Of a stretch of 50,102 bases of DNA, positions 24,899 to 32,701 are shown piece by piece (the first letter of the stretch is position 1; every line of letters begins with the position of its first letter). The stretch covers positions 1-50,102 of the forward strand of contig CAYSFN010000002.1 in the NCBI GenBank assembly GCA_964430045.1, read 5' to 3'. This stretch comes from an uncultured Gemmatimonadaceae bacterium (GTDB lineage Bacteria > Gemmatimonadota > Gemmatimonadetes > Gemmatimonadales > Gemmatimonadaceae). Under the pieces are notes generated by a model. That model was not told where the DNA came from. It did no database searches and saw only the letters and a program-made list of their open reading frames with translations. A program made the translations under genes and the position numbers.

Positions 24899-25833
24899 GC
24901 GATCTCCCGGGTGGAGGTGGGGGGTCGGCGTCCGAGAACCTTCTGGACGCCGATGGTCGTCAGGGTCCGCCCCTTGCTGGTGAGCTTCACGAAGCCGCGT
25001 CGGATGAGCAGGCGCTCGAGATCCTCGACTTCTGGCTTGCTCATCTGGGTGAGGCTCGTGATGTTGACGAGTCCGCTCTCGTCTCCGAGCTCGCGAAGCG
25101 TCTCGAGGTAGTAGCGGTGCGAGTCGGTGAGCCCCTCGTCGTCGACTCCGGCGAACTCGAGGATGCGCTCGAGCGTGAGCTCGTTGCCGGTGATGGCCAG
25201 GTCGCGAGCCTTGATGATGAAGGACGAGGCCATCCGAGGGTTGCCACGACCGGCCTGGGCCGGGCCGGTCGTGGAGTAGGGGGGGAGCTCCACGCCGGCC
25301 CGGGCGGCCATGCCCTCGACGATCAGTGCCATCTCGTCGTCGGAGTAGTCGACGAAGCGAGGGCGGGTGAGGCACCGATTGACGAGAGGGGGGATGAGCT
25401 TGGCGGGCTCGGTCGTGCCGAGGATGAAGGTGATGTGCTCCACCGGATACCGGACGCCGGTCTTGGAGACGATGGACCCGGACTCGAGGGCGTGGAGCAG
25501 CACCTCCTGGAAGGAGCGAGGCGCGTTGTGGGCCTCGTCGAGGAACACGACGCCTTGGCCGAGCTCGGTGGCGGCGTAACAGAACTCCTTCTCACCCATC
25601 GGCATCTTCAGGTCGAGGATCGGATCCCCGATGTCGGCAGCGATGATCTTCGCCAGGGTGGTCTTGCCGTATCCGGACGGCCCGGCGAGCAGGATGTGGT
25701 CGAGTACGGCGCGTCGCTGGACGGCGGACTCGATCGTGATGCGGAGGTCCCGCTTGAGCTTGTCCTGACCGATGTAATCGTCGAAGGTCTTGGCGCGGAC
25801 CAGCTCCGCGGTGGGAGTGGTGGTCGTCGACAT
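24895..25833 (-). CDS. ruvB: RuvB-like AAA+ ATPase (divergent Holliday-junction branch-migration motor)
   Basis: Collinear with RuvB: FDDYIGQDKLK, VLDHILLAGPSGYGKTTLAKIIA, VVFLDEAH, FILGTTEP, GRGNPRMAS, and the C-terminal wHTH EDLERLLIRRGFVKLTSKGR. Confidence 0.8.
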   Translation of the reverse strand: MSTTTTPTAELVRAKTFDDYIGQDKLKRDLRITIESAVQRRAVLDHILLAGPSGYGKTTLAKIIAADIGDPILDLKMPMGEKEFCYAATELGQGVVFLDEAHNAPRSFQEVLLHALESGSIVSKTGVRYPVEHITFILGTTEPAKLIPPLVNRCLTRPRFVDYSDDEMALIVEGMAARAGVELPPYSTTGPAQAGRGNPRMASSFIIKARDLAITGNELTLERILEFAGVDDEGLTDSHRYYLETLRELGDESGLVNITSLTQMSKPEVEDLERLLIRRGFVKLTSKGRTLTTIGVQKVLGRRPPTSTREIA

Positions 25834-25860
25834 GGCGTCGGCTCCGGGGTTGGGGGTAGG

Positions 25861-25869
25861 TGTTCCAGT
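25861..25869 (-). promoter_or_regulatory. exact ACTGGAACA motif copy upstream of the RuvB-like gene
   Basis: TGTTCCAGT on the plus strand, starting 28 nt from start codon 25833. TAGACT (a TAnnnT-type hexamer) overlaps it on the coding strand. Confidence 0.5.
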
Positions 25870-25893
25870 CTAGAGGAAAGGTCGGGTCGGAGT

Positions 25894-26142
25894 CTACGAA
25901 CTCTCCAGATCGGCGAGACGGCGGTGGGCTTCGATCTGGAGAGCCGTGAGCAGGGCGTGCAGCTCGCGCGCCTCGGCGCTCCACGAGTGGGGGGGTGTCC
26001 AGAGCTCGTGGAGCGCCTTGAGGGCTTCGCGGGTGCTGGTCCGGAGTTCGGCGAGCCCGAAGGCTGTCAGCTTCGTGACGTCGACGACGTCGGGCGCGTC
26101 GACGTCGAAATCCAGACTGGCCAGCGGGTCGTCAGGATCCAT
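25894..26142 (-). CDS. hypothetical protein
   Basis: ATG 26142. 82 aa. 11-nt overlap with the upstream gene. Confidence 0.5.
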   Translation of the reverse strand: MDPDDPLASLDFDVDAPDVVDVTKLTAFGLAELRTSTREALKALHELWTPPHSWSAEARELHALLTALQIEAHRRLADLESS

Positions 26143-26359
26143 CGGTCGGTCCTCTCGGGTCTTCGAAGCAGGCGAGGGTGACCTGCACCTTGACCACGTG
26201 GCCGGTGGGCTTGTTGTCCCGCTCGAGGATCTCCAAGTCGAACTCGTAGCCCCGGTAGATGGGGCGGATCTCGGAATAGTTGTGCGACGTCCGGAGCGGG
26301 GCGAGGACCGCCTTCGCCACGTTCCAGAGGAGCGCGTCGTCTCTGCGGGCGAGGCCCAT
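26132..26359 (-). CDS. hypothetical protein
   Basis: ATG 26359 in a TGATG junction. 75 aa. Confidence 0.5.
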   Translation of the reverse strand: MGLARRDDALLWNVAKAVLAPLRTSHNYSEIRPIYRGYEFDLEILERDNKPTGHVVKVQVTLACFEDPRGPTDGS

Positions 26360-27291
26360 CAGGTGCGGGTGTGCCAGGCGAGGCGGCCCTGCGCACCCTG
26401 CATCGCCTGCAGGTGGATCTCGGCGGCACCGAGGGAGTTGCCCAGCAGTTCCTCGTACTCGGCGACCTTGGCCTTCACGCCGCTGATGCGCTCGACGAAA
26501 GCGTTGGCCACGCCAGGTGTGACGGGCTCACCCTGGAGGAGGGCGTTCATCTCGGTCGTGATCTTGATGACCTCGCCGACGGTCTCCTCCTGGTAGGCGG
26601 CTCGCAGCATCTCGCGCTGGTCCGACCCGTCGATCAGGGGGATCGGGGTGATGTTGACGCCGGCCAGACCCCGGACGGCGCCGAGCACGGCCTCGACGGC
26701 GGGGGTGTGGCTGTCGAGCACGAAGAACACGCCACCGGTGGGTCGCACCGAGAGGGCGTGGGTCGAGTGGATGACCCGGCTGATCACGTTGCGCACCGAG
26801 TCGGAGTGGAGCATGCCCTTCCAGAAGCCGAAGGACGTCTGGGCCTCACGGGCCAGGTTCATGGCCCGGGCGTGGGGGAAGTCGCCGAGGAAGGTGACGG
26901 TGAAGTCACCACCGATCGGGTGGAACTCGAGTTCGACGACCGGGTCGAACGAGAGGCGCTTGTTCTGGGCGTCGACGCGCTCGGCGACGATGTGCTTCAC
27001 GATCGAGCCCTTCTCGTGCCGGACCTTGCGGACGAGGATGTTCTCGTACTCGCCGGTCGTGCCGATGGGCTCGCGCTTGCGGGCGATCTTCGAGGTGACC
27101 CGCAGGAACGTGTCGTCGTCGCGGGGCACGCCGGGGATGAAGTTGCCGAGGCCGTGGAGCTCGAGGCGCTCGACCATGTCGGCGTGGCTGATGCGGGTGA
27201 TCTCCTCGACCGAGTAGAAGAGGATGTTGCCGAGCACGGGGACGCCGGACTTGCGGATGTCGTCGAGGTAGGACTGCAGAGTGGGGCTCAT
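26359..27291 (-). CDS. conserved-looking 310-aa hypothetical protein in the MoxR/VWA operon
   Basis: ATGA overlap at 27288-27291. Globular. Contains SVRPTGGVFFV. I cannot assign a family from memory. Confidence 0.65.
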   Translation of the reverse strand: MSPTLQSYLDDIRKSGVPVLGNILFYSVEEITRISHADMVERLELHGLGNFIPGVPRDDDTFLRVTSKIARKREPIGTTGEYENILVRKVRHEKGSIVKHIVAERVDAQNKRLSFDPVVELEFHPIGGDFTVTFLGDFPHARAMNLAREAQTSFGFWKGMLHSDSVRNVISRVIHSTHALSVRPTGGVFFVLDSHTPAVEAVLGAVRGLAGVNITPIPLIDGSDQREMLRAAYQEETVGEVIKITTEMNALLQGEPVTPGVANAFVERISGVKAKVAEYEELLGNSLGAAEIHLQAMQGAQGRLAWHTRT

Positions 27292-27743
27292 GGCGAGACT
27301 GCTGGGGGTTTGGTGGGAGCTGCGGATCGTGCGGGAGGGGTGGTGGCTCGCAGGCTGGCTCGTTCGGCGATGGCCTCTGGTCCGAGGTGGAGCACGACGC
27401 CGACCTCGGCCGCCATCTCGACGGCCATGGCCACGATGCCCGGGCTTCCGCCATCAGCGAGCCTGTGCAGAACAGCTTGGATCTTCGTGAAAGCCCTGTC
27501 CTCGGCGTTCTCGGCAGCAGCGGCACGGCTGAGTACCTGGTTGATCCGACGCTGCTTGTCTTCCATCGCCTTCGTGTGTTCGGAACGCAGCATGATCGTC
27601 TGGGACCCGAGGGCGTGCACGAGGGTGATCCTCGCCATCCGCTCCAGGTCGGCGAGGTGGACGTGGACGCCCTGCTCTTCGGCGGCGAACTGGAGCCCGA
27701 ACTTGGCCCGCTCCACTGCCTCGTCAGGGACATCCACGGTCAC
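27288..27743 (-). CDS. hypothetical protein
   Basis: GTG start in a GTGA overlap. 151 aa. Helical. Pro/Ala-rich tail. Confidence 0.55.
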   Translation of the reverse strand: MTVDVPDEAVERAKFGLQFAAEEQGVHVHLADLERMARITLVHALGSQTIMLRSEHTKAMEDKQRRINQVLSRAAAAENAEDRAFTKIQAVLHRLADGGSPGIVAMAVEMAAEVGVVLHLGPEAIAERASLRATTPPARSAAPTKPPAVSP

Positions 27744-28066
27744 GCGTCCCCTTCCTCGAGCACCTTCTCGACGATGACGTCGACCGTGGTGTCATGCACG
27801 CCACGCTTTCGTGCTGCGTATAGCGGAAGCGGATCGACCGAGGTCAACTCGCTCATGTGGATGATGACCTGGCCGGCGACGATCCGGTCCCGCAGCTTGG
27901 CCATGATCTTGACGGCCTCGGCGGAAGGGTAGTGGGGAGTGATGTAGAACTCCCGGCCGCCGGGCAACTGGGTGCTCAGCACGGACCCGTGCCCCTCGTC
28001 GATGATGAAGATGTGGGCCTGGTCGATGCAGATCAGGCTGTTGTCGCTGGTACTGACCCAGGTCAT
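27740..28066 (-). CDS. hypothetical protein
   Basis: ATGA overlap. 108 aa. Confidence 0.55.
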   Translation of the reverse strand: MTWVSTSDNSLICIDQAHIFIIDEGHGSVLSTQLPGGREFYITPHYPSAEAVKIMAKLRDRIVAGQVIIHMSELTSVDPLPLYAARKRGVHDTTVDVIVEKVLEEGDA

Positions 28067-28356
28067 GAGACCTCCTCGGTGATCGTGTCGGTGATGATGT
28101 CGTGCCAGGACCAGCCCCCGCGTGGACCCTGTCGTCGAACCTCGATGTCGTAGGTGCCGAGGGACAGAACCCTCGAGCCACCGTTGCTCTTCTGCGTGAG
28201 CTCGACCGTGCTGCCGTCCTTCGAGCGGAGGCGGCCCGAGGTCCAGCCGCCCTTCGGGCCCTTGTCGATCCGACGAAACCGAGCGTTCCAGTAGTCGACG
28301 TCATGGCTGGGCGGATCCTTGGCCCTGGGCCTGGCTGCCTTGGTCCGGGTGGCCAT
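28063..28356 (-). CDS. hypothetical basic protein
   Basis: ATG 28356. 97 aa. Basic N-terminus TRTKAARPRAK. Confidence 0.55.
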   Translation of the reverse strand: MATRTKAARPRAKDPPSHDVDYWNARFRRIDKGPKGGWTSGRLRSKDGSTVELTQKSNGGSRVLSLGTYDIEVRRQGPRGGWSWHDIITDTITEEVS

Positions 28357-28445
28357 CAGTCCCAGATCCCGCCGAGGGTGGACAGCATGGAGCTGAGGAC
28401 TGTGGAGATCGCTGCGGCGTTCGCCGATGAAGTGAAGGTGGTCAT
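28356..28445 (-). CDS. possible 29-aa hydrophobic microprotein
   Basis: ATG 28445 after AGGAGAA. TGATG junction with the next gene. Encodes MTTFTSSANAAAISTVLSSMLSTLGGIWD. Confidence 0.3.
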   Translation of the reverse strand: MTTFTSSANAAAISTVLSSMLSTLGGIWD

Positions 28446-28490
28446 TGTTCTCCTAGTCAGGTTGGGTGGTTCTCGATTCGTCGCGGGTGA

Positions 28491-30119
28491 TCAAACGCCC
28501 CGGAAGACCATGGCCGCGTCGGACCCCGACTGGAAGTCCTTGACCGTCGCCGTCTTCCCTTGACACATGGCGTGGAGCGAGCCATGAGGGCTCACCGGTC
28601 GGCCGGTGGCGGACAGACCCCACGTGGTGGCGTCCATGCGCTCCATCTCGTCGAGGTAGGCCTTCATGAAGGGTCCCGGGACGTGGCACTCGTCATCGGT
28701 CATGAAGACGACGTCAGCTCGCACGCACCCTGTGGCGGCGTGCTCCTCCTGGAGGATGCGTAGCGCTTCCTCCATCGGGGTGACGAACGAGGTGCCGCCG
28801 CCGTAGAAGACCTCAGCCACCTCGATGATCCGCTCGAACGTGAAGTCCGAAGGCTTGGTGAACGAGTAGGTGCGGAACTGGCCGGGACCACCGAAGTGGA
28901 TCACGTGCATCGTGCGCTTCTGACGTCGGGCCAGGTCGAGGAGGCAGAGCATGACGGCCTTGGACCACATCTCGCGGTCACCGCTCATCGAGCCAGATCC
29001 ATCCTCCGCGTAGATGATCCCGCCGCGAGCCAGGCGTTCCGTGCCTCGCTTGGCGTACTGCATCACGCTGTGGGTGACCAGCTTGCGGAGGAAGAGGAGC
29101 TTGAGGCCTCGGTGGTGCCGGACGCCCAGCATCTCCGATGGCAGCATCCTGAATAGATCGTCGCCCATCTCGACGTCGTAGATCTCTTCGGGGATGTTCG
29201 TGGTCTTGCGCTTCTGTTCACTGAGCATAAGGTTGCGCATCGGACCGAACTTGTCGGCGATCTTGCGGAACCGGTCGCTCTTCAGGAGCTTGGCCAGCTT
29301 GAAGCGCTCCTCGGCGTTCATGCGCTTCAGCTCGCCAGGGTCAGCTCCCCAGCAGGAGGCGAGCTCCAGGTCGGCCTGGACAGCGTCGGCGGCAGCGTTC
29401 AGGGCCTCCCGTAGTGCGATGGCCACCAGCGGGGAGGCATCGTTGAGGGCGTCGGAGAGTCCGTCGGCCTGATCCTGGACCTGGTCCTGAAGCTCGCTCA
29501 CGGCCTCGTGGGCAGCCTGCGCTGCTTCGGCGGCTGCGTCCAGGGCCGCCCTCTCGTCGTCGGTCAGCTCCCGATGTTCCGGGGTCTCGGCGGCCGCCGC
29601 GTCGAGCCGGGTCTGGAGTGCCGCCATGTCGTCGTCGGCACTCGCAGCGTCAGCCGCCGCGCCAGCCAACGCCAGCAGCGAGTCGAGGAGCTCCTGGGCC
29701 TGCTTGCGCTCCTGGTCGAGCCTGTCGAACAGGGTCTCCAGGTCCGGCTCAAGGTCGGCCGCGCTGAGCGCCGCCTGGACGTCGTCGCCCTGGGAGTACC
29801 GGCGGAGACGCTTGTACTCCGGGAGGCCATGCATCTCCTCGATGACGGCAGCGTTCACCAGGTGGGAAGGCAGGATCTGGTCGGGGGCGAGCAGTTCGGG
29901 GCTGGCCTTGAGCAGCGACCAGAAGGTGTCGTCCATGGCCGGCTCGCCAGTCTCGACTGCTTCACCGAGGGTCCGCCGTGCGGCGGCGAAGGCCGCCACA
30001 TCGGTCAGCCGCTCCACCCGCTCAGCGTCGTCCCATTTGTCGAACAGCACGACGTGCTCGTTGAGCTCGTCGAGATCGATGCCGGTGGCTTTCCACTTCT
30101 TGGGCAGGTTGAACTCCAT
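28491..30119 (-). CDS. von Willebrand factor A (VWA) domain protein, ViaA-like partner of the MoxR ATPase
   Basis: MIDAS motif DGSGSMSG, followed by MHVIHFG, YGGGTSF and VVFMTDDE. Long acidic helical N-terminal region. 542 aa. Confidence 0.85.
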   Translation of the reverse strand: MEFNLPKKWKATGIDLDELNEHVVLFDKWDDAERVERLTDVAAFAAARRTLGEAVETGEPAMDDTFWSLLKASPELLAPDQILPSHLVNAAVIEEMHGLPEYKRLRRYSQGDDVQAALSAADLEPDLETLFDRLDQERKQAQELLDSLLALAGAAADAASADDDMAALQTRLDAAAAETPEHRELTDDERAALDAAAEAAQAAHEAVSELQDQVQDQADGLSDALNDASPLVAIALREALNAAADAVQADLELASCWGADPGELKRMNAEERFKLAKLLKSDRFRKIADKFGPMRNLMLSEQKRKTTNIPEEIYDVEMGDDLFRMLPSEMLGVRHHRGLKLLFLRKLVTHSVMQYAKRGTERLARGGIIYAEDGSGSMSGDREMWSKAVMLCLLDLARRQKRTMHVIHFGGPGQFRTYSFTKPSDFTFERIIEVAEVFYGGGTSFVTPMEEALRILQEEHAATGCVRADVVFMTDDECHVPGPFMKAYLDEMERMDATTWGLSATGRPVSPHGSLHAMCQGKTATVKDFQSGSDAAMVFRGV

Positions 30120-30129
30120 GAACGCCTCC

Positions 30130-31317
30130 TCAGGCGAGGCCGCGCTGGGCCTTCAGGGCCGCGGCCTCCTCGGGGGTGAGCTGGTAGATCTCGGCCAGCG
30201 CCCGGTCGTTGAGTTTGGTGAGGGTGGAGCGAACCCGGGCGACCTTGCGGGCCCGGCGGCCGGTGCCGGCCCGGGCTTTGAGGTCGTTGATCTCCTGGCT
30301 CGCCTTCATGATCTTGGCGTGCATGTCGTTGCCCAGGCGCATGCGGGCCTCGTCGGTGTCCACCTTGTCGACTTCCCCTTCGAGTAGGCGGATGTTGCGC
30401 ATGAGGACGTCGATCTCGGTGTCGAGGGGGTTCGACAGCTCCTGCACCACTCGAGCCACCTCACCGCGCTGCTCCTGCTCCTCCCAGAGGATGTGCTCGG
30501 CGTGCATGAGGTGGTCGGTGTCGGCGACGGTGGACCCGTCCAGCCAGGCGGCGGCGCGCACGACGTCGAGCAGCTTGAAGTAGCGGCGTTCCGACGGGCG
30601 GATCTCCTTCTCGGCCAGCTTGGCCCGGATGCTGACGATGGCCTCAATGACCGACGGCGGGATGACGACGGCGCTGACCTCGGCCTGAGCTTGGGTGACC
30701 TCATCCCAGGAGAGGATCGGCGTCGGGTTCTCGGGGCGCTGCGTCGTGAGCATGCGCTCGAAGGACGAGACATCCTGGACGTGGTCGGTCAGGAGCCGGA
30801 ACACCATGCGGTCGTAGAGGGCGTTCAGGTCGTTGTCCATGGGCAGGTCGTTGGCTGCACAGATCATGAAGCGCAGCGGGATGCTCACGACGTGGCGTCC
30901 GTGGCGGTACTGGCGCTCGTTGATGGCCCAGAGCAGACCGTTCAGGATGGCCGAGTTCGCCCGCCAGACCTCGTCGAACATCGCGCCGTGGGCCGTCGGC
31001 AGGTAGCCCTCGATCTCCCGTTCGAAACGACCCTGGTCGAGGGCGACGAGGGAGGGCGGCCCGAAGACCTCCGCGGGCTCGGTGGTCTTCGCCATCAGGA
31101 TCTTGAAGAACTCGACGCCGCCGATGTAGGCCTGCAGACGGTCGAAGAGGAGGGACTTGGCCACGCCGGGCGGGCCCAGCATGAACAGGGTCGAGCAGCT
31201 CAGGATCGTCAGGATGGAGCACTCGATCTCGGTCTCGCGCTCGACGAGCTCCTGGCCGAGGACCGTCTCCAGGGCGGCGAACTTCGCCGGCAGCGAGGTG
31301 GTGGTGGCGGTGGACAT
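30130..31317 (-). CDS. MoxR-family AAA+ ATPase, RavA-like
   Basis: Collinear with my recollection of E. coli RavA: LFMLGPPGVAKSLL, TEPAEVFGP, GYLPTAHGAMFDEVWRANSAILNGLLWAINERQYRHG, RFMICAANDLP, ALYDRMVFRL. Confidence 0.9.
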   Translation of the reverse strand: MSTATTTSLPAKFAALETVLGQELVERETEIECSILTILSCSTLFMLGPPGVAKSLLFDRLQAYIGGVEFFKILMAKTTEPAEVFGPPSLVALDQGRFEREIEGYLPTAHGAMFDEVWRANSAILNGLLWAINERQYRHGRHVVSIPLRFMICAANDLPMDNDLNALYDRMVFRLLTDHVQDVSSFERMLTTQRPENPTPILSWDEVTQAQAEVSAVVIPPSVIEAIVSIRAKLAEKEIRPSERRYFKLLDVVRAAAWLDGSTVADTDHLMHAEHILWEEQEQRGEVARVVQELSNPLDTEIDVLMRNIRLLEGEVDKVDTDEARMRLGNDMHAKIMKASQEINDLKARAGTGRRARKVARVRSTLTKLNDRALAEIYQLTPEEAAALKAQRGLA

Positions 31318-31348
31318 GGCGTCTCCGTGGGGTAGGGCTGGGGTGGGG

Positions 31349-31378
31349 ATCGTACGGAACTGGAACAGCTTAGGTCAA
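31349..31378 (-). promoter_or_regulatory. candidate promoter TTGACC-N18-TACGAT with an ACTGGAACA copy (inverted orientation) in the spacer
   Basis: The coding-strand reading is TTGACCtaagcTGTTCCAGTtccgTACGAT, about 30 nt upstream of the MoxR start codon at 31317. Confidence 0.35.
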
Positions 31379-31503
31379 TCGTCGCTCTTGCGCTCGTGCT
31401 GAGCGCGGAGTACCCGGCGGATCATGGCCGCTTCACGGGCCTGGTCGTCCTCGAACTCCTCCCGGGTGGGGAGGCGTTCGAGGCGACGCTGCTTCTCGGT
31501 CAC
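31375..31503 (-). CDS. possible 42-aa protein
   Basis: GTG 31503 in a GTGA overlap. Encodes VTEKQRRLERLPTREEFEDDQAREAAMIRRVL... Confidence 0.35.
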   Translation of the reverse strand: MTEKQRRLERLPTREEFEDDQAREAAMIRRVLRAQHERKSDD

Positions 31504-31790
31504 TCGTAGCCGTACTTCCGGCTGACGGTGTGCATGAGGTCGTCGATGGTGTCGGCGCCGACGGTCTCGCGGGGCACGCCGTACACCCAGACCTGGCAGT
31601 AGAAGGCGTCGTCGGCGAACCACACCCGGCCGTTGAAGTCCCAGTCGGCGTAGCGGCACCAGCCCTCGCCGGCCCGGAGCATCTCCTCCGTGCCGGGGTC
31701 GACGGTGAAGGCGAAGTTGGACAGGCCGAACTCGGGGGTCTCGACGAGCTCGGGCGGGGGGCCGGGTGTGGTGGTCAGGTCGATCGTCAC
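31500..31790 (-). CDS. hypothetical protein
   Basis: GTG 31790 in a GTGA overlap. 96 aa. Confidence 0.5.
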   Translation of the reverse strand: MTIDLTTTPGPPPELVETPEFGLSNFAFTVDPGTEEMLRAGEGWCRYADWDFNGRVWFADDAFYCQVWVYGVPRETVGADTIDDLMHTVSRKYGYE

Positions 31791-32701
31791 GCGATCGCCT
31801 CCTCGAGGGGGTAGATGAAGGGGGAGTCGGCGGCGAGCGTGCCCTTGCGCCGCAGGGCGACGACGTGGCCGCGCTCGTCGGCGTAGCGCCGATCGTCGAG
31901 GTCGCCGTCGATCACGGGGAAGCCGGCGATCTCGTCGGGGATGGGGCGGAGCTCGCCGGTGCGCCGGTCCTTGCCGCCGGGCGTGGCGAGCACGACGGCC
32001 ACGTTGCGGCCGGCGTTGATGTTGCGCGCCATGGCGCCCTTCGAGGACTTCTCGGACCACGAGTAGGTGAGCACGTAGTTCGACGGCATCGACCGGACCG
32101 GCCGGCTCACGAGCGGGTGCTTCGTGTAGTCGTAGAAGCGCACGTCGGCGTAGTGCACCCAGAACCAGGACGGGAGCACGCGCTCCCAGCGGATGTCGCT
32201 GAAGGCGTTGAGGCGCACGCCGATGCCGCCCGGGTGTCGGCGGCGCAGCTTCTCGAGGTCGTGGACGAGCAGGATGAAGAAGGCCCGGGGGCTGTTCGTC
32301 AGCAGCATCTTGCGGGCCGAGCGCACGTCGGTGGTGCGATCCCACCGACCGTTGCCTGAGTAGGCGACGCAGCCGTCGGTGCATGCGCCGCGCTGCGGGC
32401 AAACCTCGACGCCGGCGACGTCGGCCGGGGCCAGGGCCAGACCGGCGAGGGTGAGGTGGTCGACGCCAGCGTCCTTCTCGAGCTTCGTGATGGAGGTGTT
32501 GGGCGAGAGGATCCACAGGCCCTCGGCGCCGGGCGAGGTGAGCACGGACTGCCTGAAGGCAACGCGCTGCTCGTTGAGGATGCGGATGGCCCGCTTGTGG
32601 GCCGTGGTGCCGTACGGGTACCAGGCGGGGAGGAAGGGGACGAAGTCGTTCAGGGTGGACCGGATGCGGTCCTCGAGGTTGGCGTAGGTGAAGGTGGTCA
32701 T
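31787..32701 (-). CDS. hypothetical 304-aa protein with CX6CX3C cluster
   Basis: Internal ATG 32701 in an ATGA overlap. Contains CPQRGACTDGCVAYSGNG. Looks like a conserved phage protein but I cannot name the family with confidence. Confidence 0.6.
   Translation of the reverse strand: MTTFTYANLEDRIRSTLNDFVPFLPAWYPYGTTAHKRAIRILNEQRVAFRQSVLTSPGAEGLWILSPNTSITKLEKDAGVDHLTLAGLALAPADVAGVEVCPQRGACTDGCVAYSGNGRWDRTTDVRSARKMLLTNSPRAFFILLVHDLEKLRRRHPGGIGVRLNAFSDIRWERVLPSWFWVHYADVRFYDYTKHPLVSRPVRSMPSNYVLTYSWSEKSSKGAMARNINAGRNVAVVLATPGGKDRRTGELRPIPDEIAGFPVIDGDLDDRRYADERGHVVALRRKGTLAADSPFIYPLEEAIA

Noticed and set aside
26371-27777. 468-aa plus-strand ORF, the longest ORF in this area
   Set aside because: It lies antisense to the confidently chained minus-strand genes 26359-27291 and 27288-27743. 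Its product is Gly/Asp/Val/Leu/Ala-rich, as expected for a GC-driven shadow frame. It has no RBS or overlap grammar.
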